This document shows positions 35,387 to 48,659 of a DNA stretch of 64,000 nt, piece after piece. The notes under the pieces are model-generated. The model worked only from the letters and a program-made list of their open reading frames with translations. It had not been told where the DNA came from and did not search any database. This DNA comes from Mantamonas sphyraenae STR306 (lineage: Eukaryota > Protista > CRuMs). The position numbers and the translations under genes are program-made. The stretch covers positions 245,400-309,399 of the forward strand of contig JAPMXV010000025.1 of NCBI GenBank assembly GCA_026936335.1. The letters run 5' to 3'. Within the stretch, counting starts at the first letter, position 1, and each line of letters begins with the position of its first letter.

Positions 35387-36136
35387 ATGTTTGCTCGGCG
35401 GTACGCGCGCACAGGTGTACGAACAGGAGATCAGCTGCACGGCAGCGTGGGTGGGATGAGCAGAGTGTTCTGGCAGGGTAGCCAAAGCGCGGGATTGCGC
35501 ACGGCTGCGGGCCACGTGCTGAACACAGACTCGGGCAGCACAGGGAGCGAGGAAACAGGCAATGGAGAGGAGAGCGAGTCGGTTGTGAGCCAGTTGCAGG
35601 ATGCGACCCTCCAAAGCAACCAAAGCGGCGCGGGAGAGGGTGCGAAACCGGGAGGCGGTGCCTTCAACGCGCGCACGGATAACCCGATGCAGGCGCAGAG
35701 CGACTGGTACTCATACGTGGACGCGGACCTGCTGCCGGACGAACAAAAGTTCCGCTTCGACTTTGGCGACGAGGATCCAGAGTATTTGGGCCCCGTAGGC
35801 CAGGTGGCAAACATGCAGCCGGTGGAGTGGCAGCCTATGGAGGCGCTGGATGTACAGGAGGGCTGTGTGGCCGGCACAGTCGTCACGCGGCGCTACTTGT
35901 TCCCGGGTGGGGACACGCAGCACGAAGGGGCTGCCAAAGCCGAGCTGCAGGTACGCATGGCCGATCTGCAGTTGGACGAGACGCAGCGCGAGCGCATGGC
36001 GGTGATGTTGGGTGCCCGATACGAGGCCGGCAAGGATATCATCCATCTCATCAGCGACAAACATGTCAGGCGGGCTGACAACGTGCAGGAAAACGAGCAG
36101 ACGCTGCAAGCATTGGTGGCCGCAGCCACCGAGTGA
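35387..36136 (+). CDS. MRPS35: Mitochondrial small ribosomal subunit protein mS35 (Rsm24/MRP-S28 domain)
   Basis: KAELQVRMADLQLD..ERMAVMLGARYEAGKDIIHLISDK matches the mS35 core; Arg-rich N-terminal presequence. Confidence 0.75.
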   Translation: MFARRYARTGVRTGDQLHGSVGGMSRVFWQGSQSAGLRTAAGHVLNTDSGSTGSEETGNGEESESVVSQLQDATLQSNQSGAGEGAKPGGGAFNARTDNPMQAQSDWYSYVDADLLPDEQKFRFDFGDEDPEYLGPVGQVANMQPVEWQPMEALDVQEGCVAGTVVTRRYLFPGGDTQHEGAAKAELQVRMADLQLDETQRERMAVMLGARYEAGKDIIHLISDKHVRRADNVQENEQTLQALVAAATE

Positions 36137-36311
36137 GAAATCGCGAATACACGCGTCGTGGGGAAAGGGAGCTTGGGGATTGATCTTGGGGAAGGGGGGG
36201 GGAGGGAAGATGCGACAGAAGAGTGTTTGAAGAGTGCTGGTGCGCAGCGCTGGTGCGGAGAAGCTCGTTGCGTCGGCTGGACCAAACGACTCGAGTCCTG
36301 CGCAGACAGCC

Positions 36312-39300
36312 ATGAAATGTCGCCAGGTGTGGGAAGACACCATTGTACGTGGGGAGGGTGAAGAGAGGAATTGGAAACCAGATCAGAATGGCATAAATGG
36401 GCCGAAACGCAGCGCTGACACACGCGTACTTTCTTGCACGGGCCGCACAGCTGAATCGGGAAAGCCAACCGCAACCGATCTATGACTTGTGCTTCAATCC
36501 AGACGGCTCGCAGCTGATTGCGTGTGCTGGGCCGCGTGTGCTTGTGTACGATGCGTCGGACGGCGATTTCCTGCAGACGCTCAAGGCGCACAAGGACAGC
36601 GTGTTTTCCGTCAGCTACACGCGGGACGGCAAACGTTTTGCCAGTGGAAGGTCAGTTACCGAAAGCATCAGTGCGAAACGTCGGCGCTGATGAGCAGGTG
36701 GGCACAGCAGCGTCTTTGCAACGACAGTGGACGCGAAGCGCAAGGCAAGCGCGCCAAAAACGGCCGGCAAATCTAACCCTGACGCTGGGCAACACGCACA
36801 CCCCGGTCGCCACACACACACCCCACAGCGCTGACAACACTGTGATCATCTGGAGTAGCAAGCTGGACCCCGTGCTGCGGTACAAGCACAATGACGCGGT
36901 GCAGTGCGTGAGCTTCAACCCGATGGCCGTGCAGCTGTGCAGTTGCACCGAAACCGACTTTGCGTTTTGGTCGCCCGATGTCAAGTCTGTGGTCAAGCAC
37001 AAGGTGCCGTCGCGCATTGTGTCGTGCAGGTAAGTGGAGTCCTTGCGGATGGGAGACGGCGAGAAGAAGCATCAGCCGCGAGAGCATGAATGGGCGGCCC
37101 CTGGTCGCTGCGCGCGAAAACGGCACGGTGGAAAGTGGCCACTTTGGCGCTCGTTCCCGCACCCGCAGAAACTGACAGCATCATCACACGGGCGTATGTG
37201 TGTCCACAGTTGGACCAACGACGGCCAATTTGTGGCTCTGGGCATGTTCAACGGCACGGTGTCGATCCGTGGACGCAACGGCGAGGAAAAGGTGCGCATC
37301 GAGCGGGGCGGGCCGGCCTGGACGCTGTCGTGGAACCCATCGACGCGGGACCTGCCGTACGAGACGCTGGGTGTGGGTGACTGGTCGGGCAAACTTGCGT
37401 TTTTTCAACTGAGTGGACGCAGCGTGGGGCGAGAGATCCGGCTCGGGTACGATCCGTGCGCAATGGGCTACTTCACCACAGGAGACTACTTTGCCATGGG
37501 CGGCTCGGACCGCAAGTCGACGCTGTGGACGCGGGATGGCGTGCAGCTGGCGCCTATTGCAGAGCGTGCAGACTGGGTGTGGACGACAAGGCACCGGCCG
37601 AAGCACAACCAGGTGGCGGTGGGCTGCAACGACGGCACGATCAGCATGCACGAGGTGAACATCGGCGTGGTGCATGGCATGTACAAAGACAGGTATGCGT
37701 ACCGTGAGAACATGACCGAGGTGATCATCCAGGACCTGGTGACTGAACAGAAGGTGAAGATCAAGTGCCGCGACTATGTGAAGCGCATTGCCATCTACAA
37801 GGACATGCTTGCTGTGCAGCTGCCAGAGCGGGTGACCATCTATCAAGATGAGGAGCACAACCTGCAGTACAAGCTGAAGGAGAAGATCATGAAGAAGATG
37901 GACTGCAACCTGCTTGTGGTGACGTCGAACAACGTGATCCTGTGCCTGGAGCGCAAGCTGCAGCTGTACGACCTGTCGGGCGAAAAAGTGCGCGAGTGGA
38001 GCATGGACAGCCTGATCCGGTACATCAAGGTGATTGGAGGGCCGTTTGGGCGGGAAGGCCTGCTTGTGGGTCTGCGCAGCGGCCAGATCTCCAAGATCTT
38101 CATCAACAACCAGTTTCCGATCACGCTGATCCAGCACGACCAAGCGATTCGATGCCTGGACATGAACAAGGACCGCAGCAAACTTGCACTGGTAGACGAC
38201 GCGCTGAATGTGGTTGTGTATGACTTGCAGAGCAAAAGTCAGGTGTACAAGCACGGGCAGGCGTACAGCGTGGCATGGAACCTGAAGCACAGCGACATGT
38301 TTTGCTACACAGGCCACGGCCAGCTGCACATCAAGGCGTCGGACTTTGCGGTGCACACGCAAAAGATGCAGGGACACGTGGTCGGGTTCATGGGGTCCAA
38401 GATCTTTTGCCTGCACGGACTGCACATGAAGACGATCGACGTGCCGCAGTCTACGACAATGAGCAACTACCTGAGCAAGGGCGACTACGCGAGTGCACAC
38501 CAAATCGCATGCTTGGGCGTCACAGACGACGACTGGCGGCTGCTGGCAACCAAAGCGTTGAACGCATTGGAGCTGGAGATTGCACGGAAAGCATTTATCC
38601 GCGTCAAGGACATGCGTTTCATTGAGCTGTTGGACCGCATCCAGCCGCAGCTGGCGCGTCCTGGCGTTCGCACCGATGCTTTCCGCGCAGAGATCCTTGC
38701 CTACCAGGGCAAGTATAGCGAGGCAGCCGACTTGTACACAGGGCTTGGCGACTGTAAGTTGTGTGAGGAGAGAGGGAGGGTTGAGCAATGTTCAGGAAGC
38801 AACAGTGGCGAGTGCGCGGTTGGTTCGCGGAGAATGCGGTCGGCCACTCACGCACCAACACCCATCCAACCACACGCACGCACGCATACACACACACACA
38901 CGCTCGCACGCATACACACACATACACATCCACACAGTGGGTGCGGTGATCACCATGTTCTCTGACTTGGGGTTGTGGAACGAAGCAAAAAAGTGGATCA
39001 AGAGCTTCAGCGGGCGAGGGAACACAGACGCGGCTACGATGAGCACGCTGTCGGAGAAGCTGGCAAACATGTGCGAGGAACATGGAGACGCAAAGGCTGC
39101 GAGCCAGCTGTGGATCGAGGCGCAGAAGTACGAGCGTGCGGTGAGGCTGATGGCGGAAAACAGGTGGACGGAGGATCTGATCGAGGTTGTGCGCAGCATG
39201 AACAAGAACACGGAGCAAGAGGCGCTCAGCATGGCGGCGGCGTACTTTCGGGAGGTGGAGGAGCACGAATATGCGACAGAGACGTACCTGAAGATGGGGG

Positions 39301-40648
39301 ACGTCGAGTCGCTGATGCGGCTGCACGTGACACAGAACCGATGGGACGAAGCGTTTGCACTTGCCAAGCAGAATTCTGTGCTGACGCCGCTGATCTACAG
39401 GCCGTACGCCAAGTATCTGGCCATGCACGACCGGTTTGAAGAGGCGCAGGAAGCGTTTGTGAAGGCAGGGCGACCGGATGAAGCGATTCGGGTGTTGGAG
39501 CAGCTGACGCACAATGCTGTGGTGGAGTCGCGCTTCGACGATGCATCGTACTACTTTTGGATTCTGGCGACGCAACACCTGCGTTTGGTGGAGGGCAACG
39601 GCTCGCGGGAGGATCAGAAGCACCAAAAACTGCACAACTTGTTTTCGCTGACGTCGAATCTGTACAAGGCATATGGGGTGGTACACAACTATGTGGAGCA
39701 ACCGTTCACATCGACCAACCCGCTTGCACTGTTCCGCACTGCGCGCTTCCTGTTTGTGCACCTGGGCGGCGAGGCACCGCTGGGGATCAAGCACGTGAAC
39801 GTGCTGTGGACGCTTGCCAAGACAGCCAAGACGGTGGGGGCGTACAAGTTGGCGCGGCAGTGCTACGAGCGCCTGAGCAAGCTGAATGTTCCGCGGTCAT
39901 GGCATGATGCGATTGTAGGTTGCACAGCGAGAGGGGCTGATGGAGAGGAGGAAGAGGTCGACGGCTGACACACACACACACACACACACACTGTTTGCAG
40001 GATCTGGCAAACATCACGACGCGCAGCATGCCGTATGCGGACGACGAGACGCTGATGCCGATTTGCCCTAGGTGCGCCACAACAAACTCGCTTGCTGGGA
40101 GTCATGGAGACCGGTGCAGCAATTGCAAGCATGCGTTTGTGCGGTCGTTCATTGGGTACGACACGTTGCACCTGGTGGAGTTTTTCCCCGAACGTGGCCT
40201 AGAGGAGAAGGAGGTGAAGGAGCTTTTGAACACGTACTCGTTCGAAGGGGACAAGGAGGCAGGACGAGGAGCACGAGGAAGCAGCTCGGGAGGAGCAGAC
40301 CGTTTGGTGATGGACGAGGAGGATGATGGCTACGACGACCTCATGGACGACGAGTTTACCAAGCGGCTGATGCAAAATGCAGAAGAACCGCTGTACTGTT
40401 CGCGGGAGATGCTGCGCGCGCTGAAGCCGAACGAGGTGTTTGTGTTGCACTGGCCAGACAACGTCAAGGGGACGCAGTACTTTCGCAACATGTTTCCGGA
40501 GGATCCGGTGACGGTGTGCGAGACATGCAACCACTTTTTCCGCACCGAAGACCACGAGCAACATGCACTTTCGCATCACAAGTGTCCTTTCTGCCGCACA
40601 GAGCTTGTGGATCCCACAAACGAGCTGAGCATGATCAGCGACTATTGA
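36312..40648 (+). CDS. IFT122: Intraflagellar transport protein 122 (IFT-A); 6 exons
   Basis: Exons 36312-36344, 36451-36650, 36829-37029, 37210-38753, 38938-39914, 40001-40648; HKDSVFSVSYTRDGKRFASGSAD, WTNDGQFVALG, VHGMYKDRYAYRENMT; C-terminal zinc ribbon CPFCR. Confidence 0.95.
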
Positions 40649-41213
40649 GATGGATGGTAGGTGTACAGCGTGTGCATGTGCATGGAGGGCTGAGTGAAGG
40701 GCTGCATGTGTGAGAAGAGGGTCGGAGGACGAGGTTGCGGTTGCCTGCCCTTGCAGCGTTGCAACGGTGCAGAAGATGATGATTTGCCTTTCTTTCATGC
40801 GTGTCATATGAGCCATACGGTGCCGGTGCTTACGGGGATGTCGGGTTTTCCGGCATCGCCAACGAGTGCTGGCAACCTGTGATCTGAACATGGCAGAGGT
40901 TTTCTGATTCTGCCAGGTGTTGGCAGCTGGTGGTTTTGCATGCGGATCGGGGTCGACGGTGGAGCGTGTGAGGAGAATGCGCTGCTAGGAATGTGGGCTC
41001 ACACACACGTGGGGGGAATGTTGGATGAAGATGTGGGTGTTCCGGCTTGGCTGGAATCGGCGGAATGAAGGACTTTGCTTTTCCGTGGGAAATTGAACTC
41101 AAGAACATGGAAGGGTGTGCAAGAGGGAGGAAGGAAAGAGATGTGATGTCGTTTGTCTTCCATTTGCTTCTTGCACAGGGGATGATTGGGTGTGGGTTTC
41201 GCTTCGTGCAGAT

Positions 41214-42778
41214 TTAGCGGGCACCGTACAGCTCCCACTCGAAGGGGTGAGGGCGCTTGTTGAGGGCAGCAATCTCCTCCTCCTTGAGGGAGATGACCAT
41301 GTCGATGAGGTCGGAGGTGAAAACATCACCAGCCTCGAGGAACTCGCGGTCGGCCTTGAGAGCCTCGACAGCCTCCTCAAGGGAAGCCGGGGCCTGGACG
41401 ATGTCACCGATCTCGTCAGCGGAGAGCTCAAAGAGATCGACGTCAGTGGGGAGACCCGGGTCGATCTTGTTCTTGATTCCGTCAAGGCCGGCCATGAGGA
41501 GGGCGGAGAAGCAGAGGTACGGGTTGGCCATGGGGTCCGGGGTGCGGTACTCAATGCGGCGTCCCTTGTCGGAGCTCATGGGGATGCGGACGGCGGCGGA
41601 GCGGTTGCGTGCGGAGTAGACCATGTTTGTGGGGGCCTCGAAACCCGGGGTCAGGCGCTTGTACGAGTTTGTGGTGGGGTTGGTGAACACACACAGGGCA
41701 CGCGAGTGCTTGATGATGCCGCCGAGGTAGTAGAGGGCGAGCTGGGAGAGGCCAGCCTGGACATCACCGGTGAACAGGTTCTCGCCATCGTTCCAGAGGC
41801 TCTGATGGCAATGCATGCCGGAGCCGTTGTCGTTGAAGATGGGCTTGGGCATGAAGGTGGCGAACTTGCCGGCCTGAGCGGCGACGTTCTTGACGGTGTG
41901 CTTGTACCACTGCATCTTGTCGGCGACCTCGAGGAGCTGGTCGAACTTGAAGTCGATCTCGCACTGAGCGGAGCCGACCTCGTGGTGGGCAGCCTCGCAC
42001 TTGAGGCCGAGGGAGTCCATGACGGTGACCATCTCGTTGCGGATGTCGTTGAGCTTGTCGACGGGCGGGCAGGGGAAGTAACCGCGCTTGGCGGAGATCT
42101 TGTAGCCGGTGTTGCCCGAGCCGGAGCCCGAGGTGTCCTTGGTGGAGTTCCACCAGCCCTCCTCGGAGTCGACGTTGTAGGAAGAGCCGTACTCGTTGTT
42201 GGCGAAGGAGACGCCGTCAAAGAGGAAGAACTCACCCTCGGGGCCGAAGTAGACGGTGTCGGCGACGCCGGCCTCGCTGAGGTAAGCGGTGGCCTTCTTG
42301 GCGACGGAGCGCGGATCGCGAGAGTACAGCGATCGGTCGTCCGGGTTGAGGATGTCACAGATGACGACGCAGGTCTTCTTCTCGGGGAACGGGTCGGTGG
42401 CAAAGGTGGTGATGTCCGGCTGGAAGATCATGTCGCTCTTGTCAATGGGTTGCCAGCCGATGACGGAGGAACCATCGAAGTACTGACCGTCGTTGAGGAA
42501 GTCCTCGTCGACGTTGTGGGTGGGCAGAGCCATGTGGTGCCACACACCGTCTGTGAACGCGGGGTTGTAAAGTTGGGAGGGAGGGAGGGTGTGAGGAGCG
42601 AGACAGCAAGATGGGCGTTGCGTTTTTGAGGAGAGGCTAACGTACTAAGGTCGGTGAAGCGGAGCTCGATGAACTCGTGCTGGGCCACAAACTCGAGGGC
42701 CTCGGCGGTGTTGGTGATGGTGGGCTTGTTGGAAGCAGAAGTGGAAGACGCTGTGGTGGGTCGAGGGTGTGAGGACAT
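41214..42778 (-). CDS. glnA: Glutamine synthetase type I-beta (bacterial-like GlnA); 1 intron
   Basis: FTDL|NGVWHH across intron 42645-42551; FDGSSV, GPEGEFFLFD, HHEV, FMPKP..NGSGMHCHQSLW, SYKRLTPGFEAP, RNRSAAVRIP, RPHPFEWELY. Confidence 0.95.
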
Positions 42779-43768
42779 GTCTGGAGATGGGTTGCAAGAA
42801 CGTTGCGAGGGTTGCCCCCCATTTGTCGGTGAGGATGGAGCATGCAGAAGGTGGCCAGCTTGCGGCGAAGGAGATGCATGGGCATATGGGCTGGGGTGGA
42901 AGGCACACATTGGGGCAGGTGGAGGTGGAGAGCGGACGAGAGGGCGCTTTGAAAAAAGGGGGGTGTTGCGGTGGGAGGGCTTTTTTTTTTTTGAGCGAGC
43001 CCACAAAAACGGTGGTTCTGTGGGTTCGCACACCGGCAACCCTCGCATGCAGGTTGAGGATGGTGGAGATGGGGGCGCACACGAGAGGATGGAGAAGCAG
43101 GGGAGACGTCATGCAAGGGGATTTCCATGCATTGTGTTGCGAGGCGGGAGAGGGGAAAACAAGCGGGGTGACGTGGATGTTGTGACGCGGGTTCTCCAGC
43201 ATGCAGGAAAAAAACGAAGGGTCGAGAAACCGCGTACATGGCAGCACGCCATGCAGAAGCTGCATGAGCCAGTTGGAAGACCACGTGTGCATGGTATGCG
43301 GGTGTTGGGGCATAGCAGCATGGCATGCAAGGAGGGAGAAGTGAGTTGTGGGTGGCGATGACACGTACACATGGTTTTGCGAACTGTGGGTTTGAATCCG
43401 GTGGCGACGCTGGCGCAGGGCCGTGCATCCGCTCAAATGCAGCCCAACGAGAGGGACGGGTGTACATGTGGTGTACGAGGTGCTGGTGGTAGCTGAAGGG
43501 CGCTCGACAAAGAGTGGGGCGTGCAAGAGGGTCGTGCGAAGGTTGTGCGCGAACCGTCGGATCCGCACCGCGGGGTGCCCGCGTCGACGTCGTTGTGCTG
43601 CGCTCTGTGTGTGGAAGGGACCACAAGAGGATACAGAGAGGGAGGGGGCCTCTGTCGCAGGAGCTGGCACAAGATTCGGGCCAATGGCAGTGGCTGTGCG
43701 GGGACGAAGAACTTTGCGACGCTCAGGTTTTTTTCTTGGTCCGAAAGCACGTGCGCGGGAAAGGCATT

Positions 43769-45243
43769 CTAGGAGGAGGAGGAGCCCACAATCTGCTCAA
43801 AGAGGGATGGCTTGCGAGGAGGACCCTTCATGGAAAGCATGGAGGAGAGGGAGTCCCATGTGATGTCTGGGGACCAAAGGGCGATGCCGACAAGGCCGGC
43901 GAGGCCAACACCACCGAGGAGGAGGTTGTTGCGTGTGCGCTCTGCGGGAGATTCTTTGTACAGGACGTTTGTGACGTTTACACTGTCGTCTGTTGGTTGC
44001 GGGGAGGGATCGGAGTCGGATGTGGTGTCGTGGGGAGTGGAGTCCTCAGGCTCGGGAGGGTCGTCGTGGGAGGGTGAGCAGTGATGGAGGAGGTCGGATG
44101 CACCCGGCCATGTGTTGAGAGACAGCAGGTGGTCTACGGTGTCCTGACCGAGAGATTGTGTAGCATCAGCGAGGTGGGAAGAGTCGATGGAGGCCGGCGG
44201 GGCGAATTGGAGCAGGTGGCGTAGGCGCATGTCGTGCGTCATGGAATTGGCAAGGGAGGTGTCGACCATGAACTCGGAGGCGTCGGGAGAGACGTGTGTG
44301 AAGAAGCGCTCCTGGATGGTGTTGCAGAAGCGAACGAGGTTGGGGAAGCGATCGTTGAGGATGTTTGCGAGCTGGGGACTTGGCACGGGTGCGTGGAGGT
44401 GGAGGGCGAGGTGTCCATAGAGGATGGCATCCAGCCAGGTGTAGGAGTCGTTGTAGAAGCATGTGTTTGAGCGACCGAGGCGTTCGTCGACAAGATGGTA
44501 GGTCTCCTGGGCAAGTTGGAGGAGATCTGCGTCGACGAGCTTGCGATGTTGTAGGCGCTCTAGCTCTGCGTCGCGGTAGCGGTGGGGGAGGATCCAGGAG
44601 AGGGGCCAGGAGGAGTCAAACGCGTAGGTGGGCCGCATTGTGGAGTCGTAGTTGTCCGGGTTGCACCAGAGGGAGAGGGCCTGGGAGAAGGAGAAGGAGT
44701 GGAGGGAGGGATGTGGTGGTGGCGGGTCAGGGAAGGAAGGAGTGGGGTGGGCGGGGGCAGGGTCTCGGTGTGTACAGGGGGAGGAGAGTCCGGGATGGAG
44801 CGGCGGACGGAAGCAGAGGGGAATGGGAGGGCAGGAGGGGCAGTATAGCAGGGCGAAGCGGGTAAGGAACTTACCGTGAGGTCTCGCATGTGAGTGTCGA
44901 GCCACTCGGCAGTAGTAAACGCCTCTGCGCGTTGTTTGGGGTCTAGAGAGTCGAGGAGAGTTTGGTAGCCCTGCTTGGCCATCCATTGGACAATGTCTGC
45001 ATTGCCAGCGACAAGGTGGCCTTGGGTGCTGCGGATCATGGGCAACTGGCCCGAGAGGGAAGAGGCAGGGTAGTTGACGTTGAAGAGCTTGTATTCTGTG
45101 TTTGTGAAGCGGAGAAAGGTGATGAGCTGGATGCACAGCGGGTCGACGCTGGGTAGGCCCCATGCTGGTTGGAACTGGTAGACCTCGAGCCAGTGCTCGC
45201 CGTCGGGTGGGAGTGGGGAGAACGACGGAGAGGTGGAGGACAT
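43769..45243 (-). CDS. MTX: Metaxin / SAM35-37 family (GST-like fold) protein; 1 intron
   Basis: WGLPSVDPLC, SGQLPMI, TWLDAILYGHL, FPNLVRFC, C-terminal TM; intron 44874-44681. Confidence 0.85.
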
Positions 45244-45300
45244 GGAGGACACGGGATGCGTGTTGGAGTGCGCCAGGCTGTGCATAGATTGTTTGGCAGG

Positions 45301-46065
45301 ATGCAGAATGTGGGCTTTGTGTCGGGAGGGATGCGTCAGCAGGGGAACGAGGGAGGTGGAAGTGGGGCGGGGAACAAGCAGTCGTATCTGGTGAGTGCGG
45401 AGGAGCTGAAAGCGGAAAAGGAGTCGCTGCGGAAGCAAGAGGAGGCAAACAAGCGGGCAGAGGGGTGGCATCGCTGAGTCTGGATGGAAAACGGAATGCT
45501 GGGAGTCTGTATGAGCATCTAAAGATGCAGGAGATGGAGGAGGAGGAAGACAAAGGAGGACTGGTGGGCCCGAAGCGGGTGGACGAGGAAGAGGCGGCGT
45601 ACATGGACCAGCTGCGTGCAAGTGCAAAGAGTGCGGAGCGGGCAAAGCGTGAAGAGGAAGCGAAGCGAGTGGCGGAGTTTCGGCGAGCAGCGGCGGCAGC
45701 GTCAGCTGGAGTGGAAAGTGGGCGGGACGCGGGTGGGGCAGACGGGACGGTGAGCGGAAGTAGTACGACAGCAGTGTTTGGGAAGGCCGCACGGCGAAGT
45801 GGAGGTGGAGGTGGGTTGGTGGTTGTGGCGGAAGGTGGAGGGAAGAAGAAGGGAAAGAAGGTGAAGACAAAGGCAGGAAAGGAGAAGAAGACTGGGAGCG
45901 GGAAGAGAGTGAGGGAGGAGGCAGGAGGAGGGAGGAGGAGGAGGAGGAGAGGTTGGGCAAGGGCAAGTGGTGAATGCTGGTCAACCGGATGTGAAGAAGC
46001 AGAGGATAGGGCTCGGGGCGCTTGCCGGGTATGGAAGTGATAGCAGCGACGAGGATGAGGAATAG
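45301..46065 (+). CDS. FAM192A: FAM192A/NIP30 (PSME3IP1)-like protein, with apparent frameshifts
   Basis: LVSAEELKAE..SLYEHL..VDEEEAAYMDQL and C-terminal LAGYGSDSSDE; frame breaks in G-rich runs at ~45462 and ~45930-45970. Confidence 0.65.
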
Positions 46066-46128
46066 AGACAGGGATGGGCTTTGTTGATGATCATAAAGAA
46101 AGGCAGGGTGGGGGGGAGAGGGGGGTGG

Positions 46129-46571
46129 TTAGTCGCTGTCGAGCTCGGGAGAACCGTAGGTGCGGATGTCGTCGAGGAGATCAAATATCCTTGCGTCAAC
46201 GTCGTCTTGGCCTTCGCGCGGGAACATGGCGGCACGGGCAGTTTCGGCGACTTGACGCTGTTGAAGTTTCTTTTCGAGCTGTGGGGTGTAGGGGTGTTGG
46301 GGTTGTCTGGGTATGAGGGAGGGAGAAGTTTGGGGACGGGGAGTTAAGGGGGTGGGGCACGCACGCGTTCGGACCAGTACGGGTGGTCATAGACCCAGTT
46401 GCGGACAGGGTGGAGAGTGGTGTATACAATCTAAGGAATGGCGGGTGTGAGGGAGGGCATCGGTCGAGGCGGGTCAAGGACGGGGAAGGAAAGTTGGTGG
46501 CGGCGTACAAGGTTTCCGGCGACAAAGGTGGCCACGCCCGGGAGGGTGATGCGTGGAGAGGAAGGGGACAT
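46129..46571 (-). CDS. Small (~90 aa) single-TM hypothetical protein; 3 exons
   Basis: Manual splicing gives MSPSSPRITLPGVATFVAGNL|IVYTTLHPVRNWVYDHPYWSER|LEKKLQQRQ...ELDSD*. Confidence 0.5.
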
Positions 46572-46676
46572 GGTGGTGGGTGTTGGTAGGAGTCGAAGAG
46601 CTCACGGGGACAAGGAGGAGTGGTGGGGTGTGGAGGAGTGTGTCCGCAGGAGGGGGCAACGCAAAAAGCTTGGGCG

Positions 46677-48556
46677 ATGGTGCGTGAAGTGGGGGAAAGT
46701 TGTGGTTTTGCGCAAGAAGGCTGACATGGCAGGGACGATGGTGTGGGTGACGGACACAGGAGTACTCGAAAGGCAAGGGAAAGGGCAAGGGGACGCCGGA
46801 GAAGGGGCGTGGGCAAAAGACGCGAGACACGTACAAGGGCCTGGTGGAGTTGATCAAGGACCTGAACAAGCAGAAGAGCGAGGAGAAGGTGGAGAAGCGA
46901 GTGGCCAAGGAACTGGAGAAAATCCGAGAAGCGTTCAACGGGTTTGAGAAGCTGGATAGCTATGCAAAGAAGAAGTACATGCTGAAGCTGATTGTGCTGA
47001 GCATGATGGGCCACAATGTGGACTTTGGATTCCAGGAGGCGCTTGTGCTGATCTCGAGCCCAAAGTACAAGCGCAAGCAGGTTGTGAGTTGTGGGGCAGA
47101 AGGGCAGTGAGGGAGGGGATGGCCGAGGGGAGGGAAATGGCGGGCGGGTGGGCTGTGGAAGGGCCGGGTGGGAGGGTCGCGGTTTTGGCAAAGGGCCAGC
47201 TGACACCGAGTGAGGGCACGTGTGGGGCGATGGGCACATGGGATGCAGGGATACCTTGCGACAATGGTGTTGCTGGAGCCGCACTCGCTGTCGTTGCTGC
47301 TGAACAGCATCCGCAACGATCTGCAGGACGAGGTGGAGACGTACAACTGCCTGGCGTTGAGCGCGCTGGGGTCGGTGGCGTCTGCGGAGGAGGCCAACGA
47401 GTTGGCCGGGGATGTGTTTGGCCTGCTGGTGAAGAGGTGAGTGTGAAAGAAAGACAGGGATCAGCAGGAGGAGGAGGGCGAAGAGGAGGAGGAGGAGGGG
47501 GCCAAGAGGAGGAGAAAGGGAGGGTTTGAGAGGGGAGCTGACACGGAACGGGGGCGGCACACGGGAGAGCAGCAAGTCGACGTTTGTGCAGAAGCGGGCG
47601 GCGCTGTGTCTGACACAGCTGTTGCGTACAGAGGACAGCGGGAAGCTGGTGGCCAAGGACGTGGAATGGGAGCCGCTGCTGGGGGTGTTTGAGGTGGAAG
47701 ATGTAGGCGTGCTGACGTCGCTAACGACGTTCCTGCGGCAGTATGTGCTGACGTGCGAGCCAAACGAAGAGGTGCAGCACAACATCTTGTTTCAGACGGT
47801 GCAGCTGCTGAGTAAGATTGTGGTGTATGACGGGTTTGAGCAAGGGGACTGTTACCACGGGATCAAGGCACCGTGGCTTCAGCTGTCGTGCTTCCGGCTG
47901 CTGCGGACGCTGAGTGTGCTTTCAAACGTGTCTTCAGGTGGCAGTGAGGGAGACCAGCACCTGGCCAAGCAACTGCACGAAGTGATGCACACGCTGTTGA
48001 CGCCGTCGCAGAACTATGACGAGAGTTTTCGACGCGGGTTTTACGCGATTCTGTACGAGATGGTGCAGGTGGCTTTGTTGTTGCCCGAGTGAGTTGCGCG
48101 GGTGGGGAGGGACGTGGGGAGGGGTGTGGGGAGAGGGAGGGAGGCAGAAAGCTGACACGGACGACACGTACGCACAGGTCGTCAGAGATGTTGCAGGACA
48201 TTGCAGGGTTTTTGTCGGAAACGATTACGTACACGATCAACGCACGGGAGGAGCACGTGCTGTACATGGTTCTGAAGATTCTGGTGACCCTGTGCAACCT
48301 GGAGGACGACGCAGTGACGAGCAAGCTGCACATCGACTCTGAGTTTGCAAACATCTTGGAGAGCGAAAATCTGCACACACACTTGCTGTTGTTTGATGTG
48401 ATGGCGAAGCTGTGTGACGAGGAGGATCACGAGGCCATTGTGGGGTTGAAGCGGGGGCTGGAGGAAGCAGAGGTTGTGGACGATCAGCTACTGCAGGAGA
48501 CGGTGGAAGCGGTGGAAGGGATCCTGGGCAAGTTGGATGTGGAAGTGGAGGCGTAA
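46677..48556 (+). CDS. Divergent, truncated AP-2 alpha-adaptin-like protein (~470 aa); 5 exons
   Basis: Exons 46677-46679, 46760-47083, 47249-47436, 47573-48088, 48178-48556; KELEKIREAF, YAKKKYMLKL, GHNVDFG, KQVGYL, VQKRAALCL, IKAPWLQ. Confidence 0.8.
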
Positions 48557-48659
48557 GCGGGCGACGGGTCGACGTGGAGGCAGGGGTGAGGGGAAGGGGG
48601 GAGAGGCTGGGCCGATGCTGCGCTCAGTCGAGCACTTCAACAAAGAAACAAGTCAAACA

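Noticed and set aside
41214-42778. glnA as bacterial contamination
   Set aside because: It contains a spliceosomal intron and is flanked by IFT122 and metaxin
12620-45970. Frameshifts at ~12630, ~26440, ~27310, ~29925, ~33549, ~45462 and ~45950 as programmed frameshifting or pseudogenes
   Set aside because: Nearly all lie in homopolymers or microsatellites, share no slippery motif, and the genes are otherwise intact; long-read indel errors are more parsimonious
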